Position numbers and translations under genes: made by a program. Of a stretch of 55,077 nt of DNA, positions 1 through 14,265 are shown in pieces. The stretch is taken from NCBI GenBank assembly GCA_963766075.1, contig CAVYAN010000038.1, positions 1-55,077 of the forward strand, in the 5' to 3' direction. Positions within the stretch are counted from its first letter, which is position 1. Every line of letters starts with the position of its first letter. Below the pieces are notes generated by a model that had not been told where the DNA came from, did no database searches, and worked only from the letters and a program-made list of their open reading frames with translations. Source of the stretch: an uncultured cyanobacterium (GTDB taxonomy: Bacteria; Cyanobacteriota; Cyanobacteriia; Leptolyngbyales; Leptolyngbyaceae).

Positions 1-514
1 GTGCGGCTCTTTATATCAATCGTGACAGCACAATCAACAACCCAGATAAGAATCCAGTCCTGCCTTGCCTTGCACTTAACGTCCTTCACAACCAGTGCGG
101 AATTCAGGGCTGTTGGTTTTGTCAGAAATGTGTAGTGAGGCCCGATACATCGCATTCTACAGGAATAGCCCAAGCGCCATTTGAAACTGGTCGTGGATCG
201 CCAAGCTTGATCCCGCCAAACCGCCTGAACGAAACTCCAGGTGATGTGGGACGAAGTCACACATCCGGTCAGCGTAGAGCAGGAGACGGCGGCAATGGTC
301 AGCCCCGCAAACAGCATCAATGAAACGATGAGCAGTCTTGTTTTCATTGGGGAGAACATGTGCAGGCAAAGCAGAACGCACGTTCTAAGAATACGGAACA
401 GGTCGAGTTGCTGGCGCAACGGCCAGACAGGCCTGGGTAAGCACAAGCAACACGCACTCTCCGCAGCGGCCGACGGCCAGCCGTTCGGCCGCGACTCCTC
501 GTCTGCGTGCAGGT

Positions 515-2715
<2,201 letters not shown>

Positions 2716-2719
2716 GGCG

Positions 2720-4895
2720 CAATCTTTCGCTGACCTGCGGCTGAAGGAAAATGCTAAGGTGCCGGAACTTTGGGTGCAAGATGTCACCGATCTCCAGGCG
2801 CAGATTTATCCCCTGCTGGGCGATCGCGACATCCTGGGGCGGAGTTCCCAATCAGATATTGTCGTGCGCAATCCGGTGGTGAGTCAAACGCACTTGACCG
2901 TCAGCAGGGACAGTCGCAAAAACGGTTGGTTACCCAATCCCTTCTGGATCCAGGATGAAGGTTCCACGAACGGCATTTATCGGGGCAAAGCCCGAATCAC
3001 AGGGGCGGAGCTCCGCCATAATGCTGTCTATACTTTAGGCCCCCCCGACCTGGAAGGCTGCGTGCGGCTCCAGTATATCGAATCCGCCGCCCTGGTATCT
3101 GCGGACTTTCCGCTATGGTGTTTATGGCCTAGGTGGATTGACCGCGATCGCCCTGCTGGCCACCCTGATCGAGTGGCAGAAATTCTCCGTCACTCCCCTG
3201 CCCCTCTCCATCCAAGGCCCAGTGGTGGTCTATGCGGGCGATGAACAAACCCCCCTCAAGCCGCAAAGCAGCCGCACCCACACTGAACTCAAGAACATCA
3301 AAGACTTTTCACCCTATCTGCCGCAAGCCTTGATTGCTTCGGAAGATTCCCGCTTTTATTGGCATGTGGGCGTAGACCCGATTGGCATTGGGCGGGCACT
3401 GGTGGCCAATCTGCGCGGCGGCGAAATCCGCGAAGGGGCCAGCACCCTGACCCAGCAGTTGGCCCGGAATATGTTCCGGGGCTACGTGCGGACGGGCGAC
3501 GACGCGGGCCGCAAGCTGCGGGAAATGATTGTGGCGCTCAAGCTAGAAACGGTCTATAGCAAAGATTTACTGCTGCTGACCTACCTGAATCGGGTGTATT
3601 TGGGCATCGATGTTTACGGCTTTGAAGATGCCGCCCAGTTTTACTTTGCCAAATCCGCTAAGGATCTGGATCTTTCGGAAGCGGCCACCCTGGCAGGCAT
3701 TCTGCCCGCCCCCAATCGCTTTAATCCAGCCAGTGACTATGCCAAAGCCATCAAGCAGCGAAATGGCGTACTGGAACGGATGGTGCAACTCGGCATGGTG
3801 AGTGCGGAGGAAGCTCAGCGGGCACGGCGATCGCGCCTCAACATCAATCCTAAGGCTAAGGAAGATTTGTCCAGAACCCGTGCCCCCTATTACTACAGCT
3901 ACGTGTTTGACGAACTGCAAGAACTGCTGGGATCGGAGATGGCCAGTGAAGGCAACTTCATCGTCTATACCGGACTCGACCTCGACATCCAGGCCAAAGC
4001 GGAAGCCGCCCTGCGCAATGGGGTGGCGACAGACGGGGGGCAGAATGGCTTTACCCAGGGGGCAATTGTTACTCTGGATGCCCGCAATGGGGAAGTGCGG
4101 GCGATCGCGGGTGGCGTCGATTACCAAATCAGCCAGTTCAACCGGGCGACCCAAGCCGAACGGCAGCCCGGTTCCACCTTTAAGATCTTTACCTACACCG
4201 CCGCGCTGGAGCAGCAAATTTCCCCCAGTACGGCCTTTTCCTGTGCGCCCGTAACCTGGGAAGGCCAGACCTTTGAGGGCTGCGGCGGCGGCAGTTTGGA
4301 CATGTACACCGGGATTGCCCGCTCAGAAAATGCGATCGCCCTGCGCATCGCCCAAGAAGTCGGCTTGGACCGAGTCGCCGCCACCGCCAAACGGATGGGC
4401 ATTACCTCAAAGCTGAACCCCGTCCCTGGCTTAGTCCTGGGGCAAAGCGAAGTCACGCCCCTCGAAATGACCGGCGCATTTAGCGTCTTGGCCAATCGGG
4501 GACTATTTAATCCCCCTCGCACAATTCGGCGCATTCTAGACGGGGGCGACTGCAAAATTCGCAATGACCTGAGTTCCTGCCGTTTGCTCTATTCCACCGA
4601 GCAGGATTCCCAACGCAACCGCCAAGTGCTTTCACCGGAAGTGGCCGACACCATGACGACCCTGTTGCAGGGGGTCGTCAGTGGTGGAACTGGCAGGGCG
4701 GCGGCGATCGCCCCCGGCATCGCAGGCAAAACGGGCACCACCAACAACGGCGTGGATCTCTGGTTTATTGGCTACATTCCTGGCAGCCTAGTCACCGGCA
4801 TTTGGTTGGGCAACGATGACAACCAATCCACCTCCGGGCAGGGAGCCGTTGCCGCCGGAATTTGGGGGCGCTACATGGCAAAGGTGGTGCAGTAA
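2720..4895 (+). CDS. FHA-domain class A penicillin-binding protein (transglycosylase/transpeptidase); N-terminus lost at the junction, frameshift near 3085
   Basis: FHA motifs [20 protein letters not shown] and STNG; transglycosylase EDSRFYWH and [12 protein letters not shown]; transpeptidase SxxK (GSTFK), SEN and KTGTT. Confidence 0.9.
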
Positions 4896-4970
4896 GAATT
4901 AAACATGGGCCAGAGCAGCAGCATACAGCGCTGACACTGGATGCTGGCACCGGATATTTGGGTTGGATTT

Positions 4971-5483
4971 TTAATTTTCTAATTCCCACAGCTCTAAATG
5001 GGCCGGATAGGGAATCTGGATCCATCTCCCGGCCACCCGCTCCCACCAACGGGGGGGATGGGGCAGGGAGGCTACTTGGATGCTGGCACAGCCCACGAGC
5101 CATGCGCCCAGCATATCGGTGTGACGACTGTCGCCCACTACCACAGCCTGGTGGGGAGCTAAGTTCATGGTGCGCAATGCTCGCCGAAAGGCTTTTGGGA
5201 ATGGTTTACGGGCCGGACTGAGGGCGGGAATGGCTAACCGTTGGGACCAGGCTGCCACGCGATGCTGGCGCTTGCCATTGGATAGAATAAAAAATTGCAC
5301 ACCGTGCTGTCGGGCTTGCTGAATCCAGGTTTCGGCGTGGGGGGCGAGATAGCGATCGTCCTCGGAGACTATTGTGTTGTCTAAGTCCAGAATAATGCCC
5401 AAAATTCCCTGGGCTTTCAAGCTTTGCAGGTCGATCGCCGCTAGGGTGGGCGCTTGACGAGGGAGGGAGGGGGCGACATCCAT
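4971..5483 (-). CDS. YqeG-family HAD IIIA phosphatase
   Basis: DLDNT, LSN, ARKP and VGDSRHTD motifs. Confidence 0.88.
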   Translation of the reverse strand: MDVAPSLPRQAPTLAAIDLQSLKAQGILGIILDLDNTIVSEDDRYLAPHAETWIQQARQHGVQFFILSNGKRQHRVAAWSQRLAIPALSPARKPFPKAFRRALRTMNLAPHQAVVVGDSRHTDMLGAWLVGCASIQVASLPHPPRWWERVAGRWIQIPYPAHLELWELEN

Positions 5484-5487
5484 CTAT

Positions 5488-6420
5488 CTATTGAATCCAT
5501 CCTTGATGTTTGAGCAGCAGAATGATCAGGGTCAGCCCAATCCACCCCACAACGGTGAGCAAAATCGGTAAATCTGTCAGCAGCACTTCCTCTGGGCGCT
5601 CGGTTTGATTGGTCGGTTGCGGGCCGGACGGCTGGAGCCGGGTGGGCGTATCCTGAGGATCACTAAGCAATTGATAGCGAAACACGCCGTACAGGACAAA
5701 GGGCACCGTCAGCAGCATCCATTGGGTGGAAGCTCCGTTCACCTGGGGGCCGGAACTCCAAATGGTGTAGGCCAAAATCGCCCCTGTGGTCACCGTGCTT
5801 TCCATACGGGTCAGCAGTGCGAGGGAATACTGTTGTAGCACCGCTCGGGTGGTTCCGCCCTTACGCTCGGCAAGGCGTAGCTCGGCTTTGCGCTTTTCAA
5901 TGCCCAGGAATAGAGCCAGCATGGCCGTGCACACTAAGAACCAGGAAGAAAGGCGAATATCGGTAGCGGCGGCCCCGCCATAGGCCCTCAGCACAAAGCC
6001 TGCGGCAATGGCCAGGATATCCAAAATCACCGTTTGCTTCAGGCGCAGGTTGTAGGCAACCTGTAGCAGGGCGTAGAGGGTAATGATGGCACCTAACTGG
6101 GGGTTGTTAGCCCAGGCGATCGCCAAAGCCCCACCCAGAAGGATCACAGCGAGGGCGATCGCCTGGGGAACACTGATTTGTCCAGCCGCAATGGGGCGAT
6201 GGCATTTCACTGGATGGCGGCGATCGGATTCCACATCCGCCACATCATTAATCAGATAAAAACTACTGGATGCCGCACAAAATAAGACAAACGCTAGGGA
6301 TGCTCCCAGGAGAGATTCCCACTTTAGGCTGAAGGCAAACAACGGCGCTGCAAATACAATCAGATTCTTGGTCCACTGCCGAGGACGCAGTGCCCGACCA
6401 TAGGGGTTTTTTACAGGCAT
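5488..6420 (-). CDS. UbiA-family decaprenyl-phosphate phosphoribosyltransferase
   Basis: LRPRQWTKN, NDVADVESDRRHPVKCHRPIAAG, KRKAEL; multiple TM segments. Confidence 0.9.
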   Translation of the reverse strand: MPVKNPYGRALRPRQWTKNLIVFAAPLFAFSLKWESLLGASLAFVLFCAASSSFYLINDVADVESDRRHPVKCHRPIAAGQISVPQAIALAVILLGGALAIAWANNPQLGAIITLYALLQVAYNLRLKQTVILDILAIAAGFVLRAYGGAAATDIRLSSWFLVCTAMLALFLGIEKRKAELRLAERKGGTTRAVLQQYSLALLTRMESTVTTGAILAYTIWSSGPQVNGASTQWMLLTVPFVLYGVFRYQLLSDPQDTPTRLQPSGPQPTNQTERPEEVLLTDLPILLTVVGWIGLTLIILLLKHQGWIQ

Positions 6421-6768
6421 AAAAAATAGATGGCACCTACGGGATTAATCTCTCGTGACTGATCTATCTAATCTATCTAAGGGATCTATCGGTGATTATG
6501 ACGGTGATTGTGATCTCTAACTCGCGATTTTTGGGACTTCTGCCTACCCAGGTTCACATTGCATCCAGCAAAGATGCGTGAATGTTTCCAGAAACAAACG
6601 TGCCATTTGGGTATCTTATGCTATCGTGAACCGTCTAAAGCTGATTTGCCTCAGATCCAAAGGTCTTCCATCCCCAGAATGTGCATGGCACATCGGAAAA
6701 ATGGTGGATTTTACAGAGGACTATCTTGGTGATCCCGGTCACAGACAACTTGTTACTGTTTCGATTGG

Positions 6769-7008
6769 ATGGATGTTGATTCAATGATGATGCGCACAGA
6801 GGAGGTGATGGATCGGATCAGCCACAGGGGGCACTCGCAACTAATTCGATTTTTGCAGGAAGACTTGGCGATTTCAACAGCATCGCTGGCGATCGCCCTG
6901 CGCCACCTTGAGCATGATCCAGGTCCATTGCCCATGGTGCTATGGCAGTATGGATTAGTTACTTTGGAGCAGCTTGACCAGATTTACGATTGGTTAGAAC
7001 AGGCTTAA
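6769..7008 (+). CDS. DUF2949 family protein
   Basis: LIRFLQEDLAI...LPMVLWQYGLVTLEQLDQIYDWLE, a conserved cyanobacterial small protein. Confidence 0.8.
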   Translation: MDVDSMMMRTEEVMDRISHRGHSQLIRFLQEDLAISTASLAIALRHLEHDPGPLPMVLWQYGLVTLEQLDQIYDWLEQA

Positions 7009-7162
7009 TCGCCTAGAACAAGCTTAATGGTCCACCAAGCTTAATGATCCATAATGCGCCGGTCCATAATGCGTCGCTTTGCCAGAATTTTGTTTTGACC
7101 GAAGGATGACCTAGTTCAGCAGAGAGATAGCAACCCTAGTGGAGTTGTGAGCAAAATTGGGT

Positions 7163-7197
7163 CAGCTCCCCGGCTTTTTTAGAAAGCCGGGGAGCTG
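7163..7197. terminator. Stem-loop, probable intrinsic terminator or palindromic repeat
   Basis: CAGCTCCCCGGCTTT-TTTAG-AAAGCCGGGGAGCTG, 15-bp arms. Confidence 0.6.
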
Positions 7198-7419
7198 GCG
7201 TTTATGGATTATTTCTGGCAGCATCAGCCCCCCGTATAACTGCGCAAAGTGCCGAAATTTTTGCCCGTGGCCGCGATAACTGTACTGATAGTGGGAACCC
7301 TGGGAAACACAGTGTTTGCCTCAACAGGCTCTCGGCCAATCCATGGCAGTAGCTCAGTAGGAACATGGCTAAACACGGCATCAAACTCAATCACCACACA
7401 CATTAATCAGGGAAGGACC

Positions 7420-8104
7420 ATGCGAACTCAGGCTTTAGGGATTTTGCTCAGCTCCGTGGGCATCGTTGGGGCGGCAATGCTGCCCGCCCAGGCTCTGACC
7501 ACAACCTTCAGTGGAGCACCCCCTTTTTGAATAATGTCGCACCTGGAGTTTATTTGGAACCCTTCAGCACACTCGTGGAAGGCGACCTGGGGAGCCACGT
7601 CCCAAAACTTTTCTAGCAGTGGCTTTGCTTATACGGCGACCGCTGTAGGTGGCGGCAACCTTTACAGTAGCGTTGGGAATGTCGGGAGCCGGTGGATTTC
7701 CCTCACTACCAGTACGGATAGCCTACGCATTGACTTTACCAGTGGCAATGTCACCGCTGTGGGGGCAAGTTTCTTTCTGACCGATGTGGCGAGTAATTTG
7801 ATCAGTGGTGGGCTGACCGTAACCCTCAGTGACGGTACCAGCGTGAGCCTAAGTAGTCCCATTTCCGGGGCCTTGCCCTTTTGCTGGCTTCACAACAGAC
7901 AGTGGCTTCATCACGTCCGTACTCCTGACAACAGCCACATCTGAATACCTCACCCTAAATAATTTGTACGTGGGGCAATCGACTAGCGTGCCCGTGCCTG
8001 CCCCACCGCAGGCCGCAGGATTTCTGGTGCTGGGCGGGTTGCAGGCGGCCAAGCAAATCCGGCGCGGTCTCAAGGCATCCGCGGCCCAGTCCCAAAAGGG
8101 CTAA
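7420..8104 (+). CDS. Exported Ser/Thr/Gly-rich protein with a PEP-CTERM-like sorting tail (frameshifts near 7525 and 7885)
   Basis: Signal peptide MRTQALGILL...PAQA; C-terminal VPVPAPPQAAGFLVLGGLQAAKQIRR. Confidence 0.6.
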
Positions 8105-9041
8105 TTCCGCGCTGGCGGTTTGTCCCTAGAACAGGTTGCGCTCAGGAATATAATGCGGCCAAAAATAGCGTGTGGTGGAGGGCGATCGCCCTCCACCACA
8201 CGCTGTGATGACATTTGGGCTGTTCATCTGACAGGTCAGTAATTGTACGGAAAATCCATCAATATTTGGATTGTTTAGAAAATTCAGACCGAAAAAATCA
8301 GTATTCCTCAGGGTGCTGGAATTTCTCACAATAAAATCTTTTATTCAGATCTAATTAATAACGATTGGATATTTTTCAGATTTCACCTCTTTTAAAAGAG
8401 CTTAAAGCTAAATCAAATAATAATAGAAATCTTTAACATTTGAGGGGTTTCGCCCCCTTTTACATTATCTAAAATTCCGATTAATTTAGGATTAAGTTGC
8501 CTTACTCCTCCGTTATCTTTTTTAAAAAGAGAATCTGAAGATCCTCATATACTCGGCGCACTTTGAATCAGAAGCGAACTAAAATCATGACCCAAACTTT
8601 AGCTAAAACCTCGCTCACTCAATGCTCTAGATAACTTCAAGAAGCATCATTCAGCCAACGTTCAAGAATTATCTTGTTCAGATTGGGCGCTCTACAAAGA
8701 AATTTAGTGAGAAGTTAGAGAGAAATCCAGCGAATGGGTTTCTCATCATTTGACTCTTTTTGATGCGGTGTCGCTAGGCTCTCTTGCGGATTGATTATCT
8801 ACGGTTTATAGATCTCGTCGCTATCCGCTCACGGCTCTGTAAATGATCGATCCGGACAGCCATTCGCCCTACCAACGCTCAGTTTTTAATGCTCTCAGTG
8901 TGTTCCCTGCCAGCCCAATTGCATTGATTCGCACAATACTTAGATTTGCACAATACGCAATCGGAGTATGCACGGCTCATGAATTCGGGGCAATGCACCC
9001 CCTTGGGTCGCTTTTTCAATCTTTTTTTAGGAGTGTTACGC

Positions 9042-12000
9042 ATGTCACGGGATGCCCTAGTGGTGGGAATTAGCAGTTATCGGTGGTTGCCAGATCTGGG
9101 CGCACCCGCCAACGATGCCGAGGCGATCGCCCAAATCCTGCAAAGCCAGGGGGACTTCCGCGTCCAACGGATGCCGGAAATCGTCAAAAATAATCAAACC
9201 CAAGTCGGCGTGACTACCCCCGTCACCACCGCTGAACTAGAAGCAGCCCTGGTGAAGCTCTTCAAACCCAAGGGCAAAAACATCCCCCACACGGCCCTTT
9301 TTTACTATTCTGGGCATGGTCTGCAAAAGGATGCGGGCATTCAAGAAGGGTATCTCGCCACCAGCGATGCCAACCCTGAAGCCGCAGTATACGGACTTTC
9401 CCTCTTTTGGTTGCGCCGCTTGCTGCAAGAAAGTCCCGTGCGTCAGCGCATCATCATCCTGGACTGCTGTCACAGCGGCGAAATCCTCAATTGCTTAGAG
9501 GCTGACCCGGGTGCTAAATCCGGGACCGATCGCCTGTTCATGGCCGCCTCCCGCGAATACGAATCGGCCTATGAATCCCTCGAGGGCAACCACAGCGTCT
9601 TCACCCAAGCCCTTCTGGATGGATTGGAACCTAGCACCGCCGCCAACGGCACCGTCACGAATTACCACCTGTCCGACTGGGTGAGTAATGCCCTCCGCAG
9701 TGAAGTGCAGCAACCCCTGTTTGAAAACTCCGGCGGCGAAATTATCCTCACCCGCAATCAAAATGCCACAACAGTCCTGCGCACAGAACTAAGCCAGGAC
9801 ACCTGTCCCTACCGGGGTCTGGAGTACTTCGACGAATCCCACGCCAGCTATTTCTTTGGGCGGGAAGATTTGACCGATCAACTGATTGATAAGCTGAGAA
9901 CCCGCAACTTTGTGGCCATTGTGGGGGCCTCTGGCAGTGGCAAATCTTCCCTGGTGCGAGCGGGCTTAATTCATCGGTTGCGCCTCGGACACCAGTTTTC
10001 CGGCAGCGATCGCTGGCAAATCAAGATCTTGACGCCCAATGATCAGCCCTTTAAAAGCCTTGCCAATGCCTTTGTTAACCCCAAAGCTTCCGCCGTGGAG
10101 CGGGCCGAGCAACTGCGGCGAGCCGAAGTTTTTCTCAATGACGGTAGTGGGTTATCCCAACTGGTGCGCGCCAGTTTAATCCCCTCGGACAGCGACCAAA
10201 CTCCCGATCGCATGCTGCTCGTCATTGACCAGTTTGAGGAAATGTTTACCCTTTGCCAGGGCGTGCATGCCGATCGCGATCGGCATCAGTTCTTTAACGG
10301 GCTGCTCCAAACCCTGGACGAGTTAGGCGATTTGCTCAGTGTTGTGATTGTCCTGCGAGCGGATTTTTTCGGCAAATGCTCCATGTATGCCGGACTTGCC
10401 GAAAAAATTGAACAGAATCTGATTACCGTCACCCCCCTCACCTACGATCAAATCAAATCCTCCATTGTCAAACCCGCCCAAAAGGTTGGTCTAACCTGCG
10501 ATCAGAACCTGACTTACAACATTCTGCGGGATATCGTCGGCTCCCCCGGCGAACTGCCGCTGCTGCAATACACTCTACTAGAACTGTGGCATCGCCGCGA
10601 GGCCGATCCAGACGGTGGGCCAGCCCGCCTAACCTTGAATGCCTACACGGAACTGGGTGGCGTGCGAGGCACCCTGCAAAAGCGGGCAGACGAAATCTTC
10701 TACAGCCTTGCTCCTGACGAGCAGCCGATCGCCAAGCGGATTTTTATTGCCTTAACCCAGTTGGGCGATGGCACCGAAGATACGCGTCGCCGTATTCTCA
10801 AGTCAGAATTGGTCAGTCCTCGCTTTCCAGCAGCCCTAGTCGAGCGGGTGATTGAAAAGCTCGTGCGGGCCAAACTTGTCGTCACGAACCGAACCACACC
10901 CACCAATCGCTATCAAGAACGGATTAATCAAGGCTTTGCCAATGTTTCCACCGCCTTGCGCTTTGCCCAAATCCGGCGCGGCAAAATCCCCCGCAATGCC
11001 CCGGCCAGTGACACCAATTTTTTGGGGACTGTGCAAGCCCAGATTGCCGCCAGCTACAACCTCGGCATTGCGAAGGTGACGCAACTGCCGGGGGGGCACT
11101 CGTCAGCTTTACCCTTGCCCTCCACACCGGGCGCACCGTACCAGGAAACAATCGATGTCGCGCATGAGGCCCTGATTCGGCACTGGGGGTTGCTGTGCCT
11201 ATGGCTGGATGAAAATCGGGACATGCTCCGGCGGCAGCGCAAAATTGAACAGGCGGCGCGGGAATGGGACAGCTTGAACCAGCCGCGCTCCCCGGAATAT
11301 ACCCTGCGGGGCAATCACTTGATGGATGCCGAAGATTTCTGGGCGACCTATAGCGATGAACTGTCGGCGATCGCCCAAAAATACATCCAAGTTAGCCGAG
11401 CCGAAAGCCAACGCAGCCACAAAGAACTGCGGCTGCTGCAATTGTCTATTCCCTGCACATTGCTCGCAGCCCTCGTCGTCACCCTCAACCAATACCATTC
11501 CTTGGTGCGTAGCCAAACGGATAAGGATTACCAAATCAAAGTCGCGACTTCCCGGCAGCAAGCGGCGATCGCCCAGTCCATTCTGCAAGATCCGAATGGT
11601 GATCCCACGGCAGCATTGCTGATTAGCCGTCTGGCCGTAGAACAAGGGGAGCCGACCAAGGAAGCACAGGAAAGTTTACGGGCGGCGCTGCAAAAGCTGC
11701 GGCTTCAGGCGTCCTTGCCGGGACACCACGGCCCGATCCGCCATGTGGAATTTAGCACCAATCAAAACCAGATCGCCACAGCGGGGGATGATGGCACCAT
11801 CCGGATTTGGTCCCTTAAAAACGCCAGAGTTCAGTACGAACTGCACTGGACGGATGGGCCAACAGAACAAACCGACAGTAAACTCCCATCAGACCCATCT
11901 GGGCGTCTATCAGCGCCAACGACAGCGCCAACGGCAGTACAAACGGTGACTGAAATGCCCCCATCACCCATTGTGGGCATGGCCCTCAGCCCAGATGGGC

Positions 12001-14174
12001 AGCAGATCGCAGCGATCGCAAAAAACGCGAATTACGTCCAAGTCTGGTCAGTGGCATCGGGCAAAATGCAATTGCAACTCAGAGGGTTTAAGGCAGCCAC
12101 CACCAAGCTGGCCTTCAGTCCCCGAGGCGATTTGATCGCCGCTGTCAGTGCCGATAACGAAGTCCGCATTTGGCAAGCCCAATCTGGCATTCTGCAAACG
12201 CAATTGCGCTATACAGCGCCAATTCAAGCGCTGGAATTCAGCCCGAATGGTCAGTTTGTCCTGATTGCCAGCGGCAGCACCCTGAAATTAGTGCAGACGA
12301 AGAACGGCCACACCCGCTCAGTAATGCACCATTCCAGCATGATTACCAGCGCTCGCTTTAGCCCCAATGGGCAGTTCATTGCTGCCGGTGGCAAGGATGG
12401 AAATCTGCGGATTTGGCGGGTGAAAACTGCTCAAGTGTTCAAGACTTATGTTCAGGGAACCCGTGGGGTTACCCAGGTCCTGTTTAGTCCCGATAGCACC
12501 ACTCTCGCAACGACAGATCAGGAGAATCAGATCAGGTTGTGGACCGTGGCATCGGGGCTAATCGCAAAGTTAGATTCAAAATTAGATTCAAAATTAGACA
12601 ACGTTGCGATGCCAGAGGTCGATCGCGGCAGTGGCCGGGTGGCCATTGCTTTTAGTCCCGACAGTCAGAAGCTCGTCACCCCAACCTCCACGACGGTGGG
12701 ACCTGAAATGAATCATGCCCTACGCCAGTGGAATGCAAAAACTGGACAGGTACTGGAAACCTTTCCCATCGAGGCGGGGCCGATTGAAATAGTCCGGTTC
12801 AGTATCGATGGCTCGGTCATCGCCACGGCAGGGAGCGCTGGCATCACCCAGCTATGGTCTGCCCAGGGCGGCAGTGAATTGCCCACCCTCACAACCCTGG
12901 GACAGCCCAGCCAGTGGGCTACCTTTCGCCGCTCCCAGCAAGATGCGCCGCCGCCCCAAGGTGTCGATGAAGTCATAGCCCTTTCCTTGAATGGGACGTG
13001 GCAACGCTGGCATTTATTCGGTAGTGGAGCCTTGCCTTTTCCCCAGGCAAAGCGACACCCTGAGCCGATAGACTCACCCTTATCGCCAGAAGCGTTCAAG
13101 TTCAAGGCGCAGAAATTGTTGCAACAGGTGAGCTATGCCATCGGGTTCACGCGTCCAAAGCCCCTACCGGAGAGTGCACTGTCTGTAGGGCCGGCTCCAC
13201 GAGCAGAAAATGTGCCCACGGCGGAAAATGCGCCCGCAAACTCTGTTGCAGTTCCTCGCGGGCCGCTGCCCAAGAACGTGCTGGGCCAATTGACTCCGGG
13301 TGCGACCCTGACTGGGGTGGCGTTTAGTGGCGATGTGCGGCAGTTAGCGATCGCCGATAGTCAGGGCGCTATGGGCCTATGGACGTTAAATGCTGATTGG
13401 AGCCTAACGCTGATCCATCGGCTCCAGTCGCCATCAGATGGCAATATGCACCTAACCCGGCAAATGGCGTTTAGTGCGGACAAGTCCAAAGTCCTAGGCG
13501 TTGGCGATGATCGGGTGATCCGAATCTGGGAGGTGCAGTCTGGCAAATTGGTGAGCAGTTTTTCAGGCCATGACGCGGCCATCTCGCGAGCAGAATTTAG
13601 CCCCGATGGGACATGCGTCGTAAGTGCCTCCTATGACCGCAGTGCCCGGGTGTGGCAGGTCGCCTCTGGCAAGGAAATCCATCGGTTTAACCATAAAGCC
13701 GTGGTGACCAGTGCCCGCTTTAGCCCCGATGGGCAGATGATTGTGACGGCCAGTCAAGATAGTGCCGCTCGGGTCAGGGATCTCAATGGCGGTGGCTATC
13801 GGGTGATTTTGGCAGGCCACCATGGTGCAGTTTTGGATGCGGCGTTTAGCCCCGATGGCCGCATGCTGGTGACGGCCAGCGAGGATGGCACTGCGAAGCT
13901 GTGGGATGCGCAAACCGGGACGGAGCGGTCTACATTGCGCCCTGCCGAATCAGGGCAGAACCCTCGGCCTTTGCAAGAGGCGTTTTTCAGCGCGGATGGG
14001 CGTTATGTGGCAACGCTAGATGGTGAGGGGCAGTTGCGGACTTGGGTGGCGACCTGGGAGGGCTTAGTAGAGGTAGCGCAGCATCGCAGCCTACGACAAC
14101 TCCAGCCGGAGGAATGTCTGCGATATTTGGGGTTGCCTGCGAATGGGTGTCCGGTATTGCCGAATGTCCAGTAG
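9042..14174 (+). CDS. Caspase-like protease + STAND NTPase + WD40 repeat protein
   Basis: Caspase dyad YYSGHG / LDCCHSG; CPYRGL; Walker A GASGSGKS; Walker B LLVIDQFEE; VAHEALIRHW; many WD40 repeats. The ATG at 9042 follows an AGGAG. Confidence 0.92.
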   Translation: MSRDALVVGISSYRWLPDLGAPANDAEAIAQILQSQGDFRVQRMPEIVKNNQTQVGVTTPVTTAELEAALVKLFKPKGKNIPHTALFYYSGHGLQKDAGIQEGYLATSDANPEAAVYGLSLFWLRRLLQESPVRQRIIILDCCHSGEILNCLEADPGAKSGTDRLFMAASREYESAYESLEGNHSVFTQALLDGLEPSTAANGTVTNYHLSDWVSNALRSEVQQPLFENSGGEIILTRNQNATTVLRTELSQDTCPYRGLEYFDESHASYFFGREDLTDQLIDKLRTRNFVAIVGASGSGKSSLVRAGLIHRLRLGHQFSGSDRWQIKILTPNDQPFKSLANAFVNPKASAVERAEQLRRAEVFLNDGSGLSQLVRASLIPSDSDQTPDRMLLVIDQFEEMFTLCQGVHADRDRHQFFNGLLQTLDELGDLLSVVIVLRADFFGKCSMYAGLAEKIEQNLITVTPLTYDQIKSSIVKPAQKVGLTCDQNLTYNILRDIVGSPGELPLLQYTLLELWHRREADPDGGPARLTLNAYTELGGVRGTLQKRADEIFYSLAPDEQPIAKRIFIALTQLGDGTEDTRRRILKSELVSPRFPAALVERVIEKLVRAKLVVTNRTTPTNRYQERINQGFANVSTALRFAQIRRGKIPRNAPASDTNFLGTVQAQIAASYNLGIAKVTQLPGGHSSALPLPSTPGAPYQETIDVAHEALIRHWGLLCLWLDENRDMLRRQRKIEQAAREWDSLNQPRSPEYTLRGNHLMDAEDFWATYSDELSAIAQKYIQVSRAESQRSHKELRLLQLSIPCTLLAALVVTLNQYHSLVRSQTDKDYQIKVATSRQQAAIAQSILQDPNGDPTAALLISRLAVEQGEPTKEAQESLRAALQKLRLQASLPGHHGPIRHVEFSTNQNQIATAGDDGTIRIWSLKNARVQYELHWTDGPTEQTDSKLPSDPSGRLSAPTTAPTAVQTVTEMPPSPIVGMALSPDGQQIAAIAKNANYVQVWSVASGKMQLQLRGFKAATTKLAFSPRGDLIAAVSADNEVRIWQAQSGILQTQLRYTAPIQALEFSPNGQFVLIASGSTLKLVQTKNGHTRSVMHHSSMITSARFSPNGQFIAAGGKDGNLRIWRVKTAQVFKTYVQGTRGVTQVLFSPDSTTLATTDQENQIRLWTVASGLIAKLDSKLDSKLDNVAMPEVDRGSGRVAIAFSPDSQKLVTPTSTTVGPEMNHALRQWNAKTGQVLETFPIEAGPIEIVRFSIDGSVIATAGSAGITQLWSAQGGSELPTLTTLGQPSQWATFRRSQQDAPPPQGVDEVIALSLNGTWQRWHLFGSGALPFPQAKRHPEPIDSPLSPEAFKFKAQKLLQQVSYAIGFTRPKPLPESALSVGPAPRAENVPTAENAPANSVAVPRGPLPKNVLGQLTPGATLTGVAFSGDVRQLAIADSQGAMGLWTLNADWSLTLIHRLQSPSDGNMHLTRQMAFSADKSKVLGVGDDRVIRIWEVQSGKLVSSFSGHDAAISRAEFSPDGTCVVSASYDRSARVWQVASGKEIHRFNHKAVVTSARFSPDGQMIVTASQDSAARVRDLNGGGYRVILAGHHGAVLDAAFSPDGRMLVTASEDGTAKLWDAQTGTERSTLRPAESGQNPRPLQEAFFSADGRYVATLDGEGQLRTWVATWEGLVEVAQHRSLRQLQPEECLRYLGLPANGCPVLPNVQ

Positions 14175-14265
14175 AATTTAGACGGATGTTGGGATTGAAG
14201 CGGCTGTGAGCCAGCCAAGCGATCTGGACATCTGTGTTATTTACAGGCGATCGCGAGACACTAAC

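Noticed and set aside
12567..12599. Short tandem repeats (KLDS x3 here; also ~7000-7075, ~18200-18250, ~22180-22235, ~48935-48980)
   Set aside because: They have two or three short units each, consistent with ordinary slippage duplications, and have no spacer structure.
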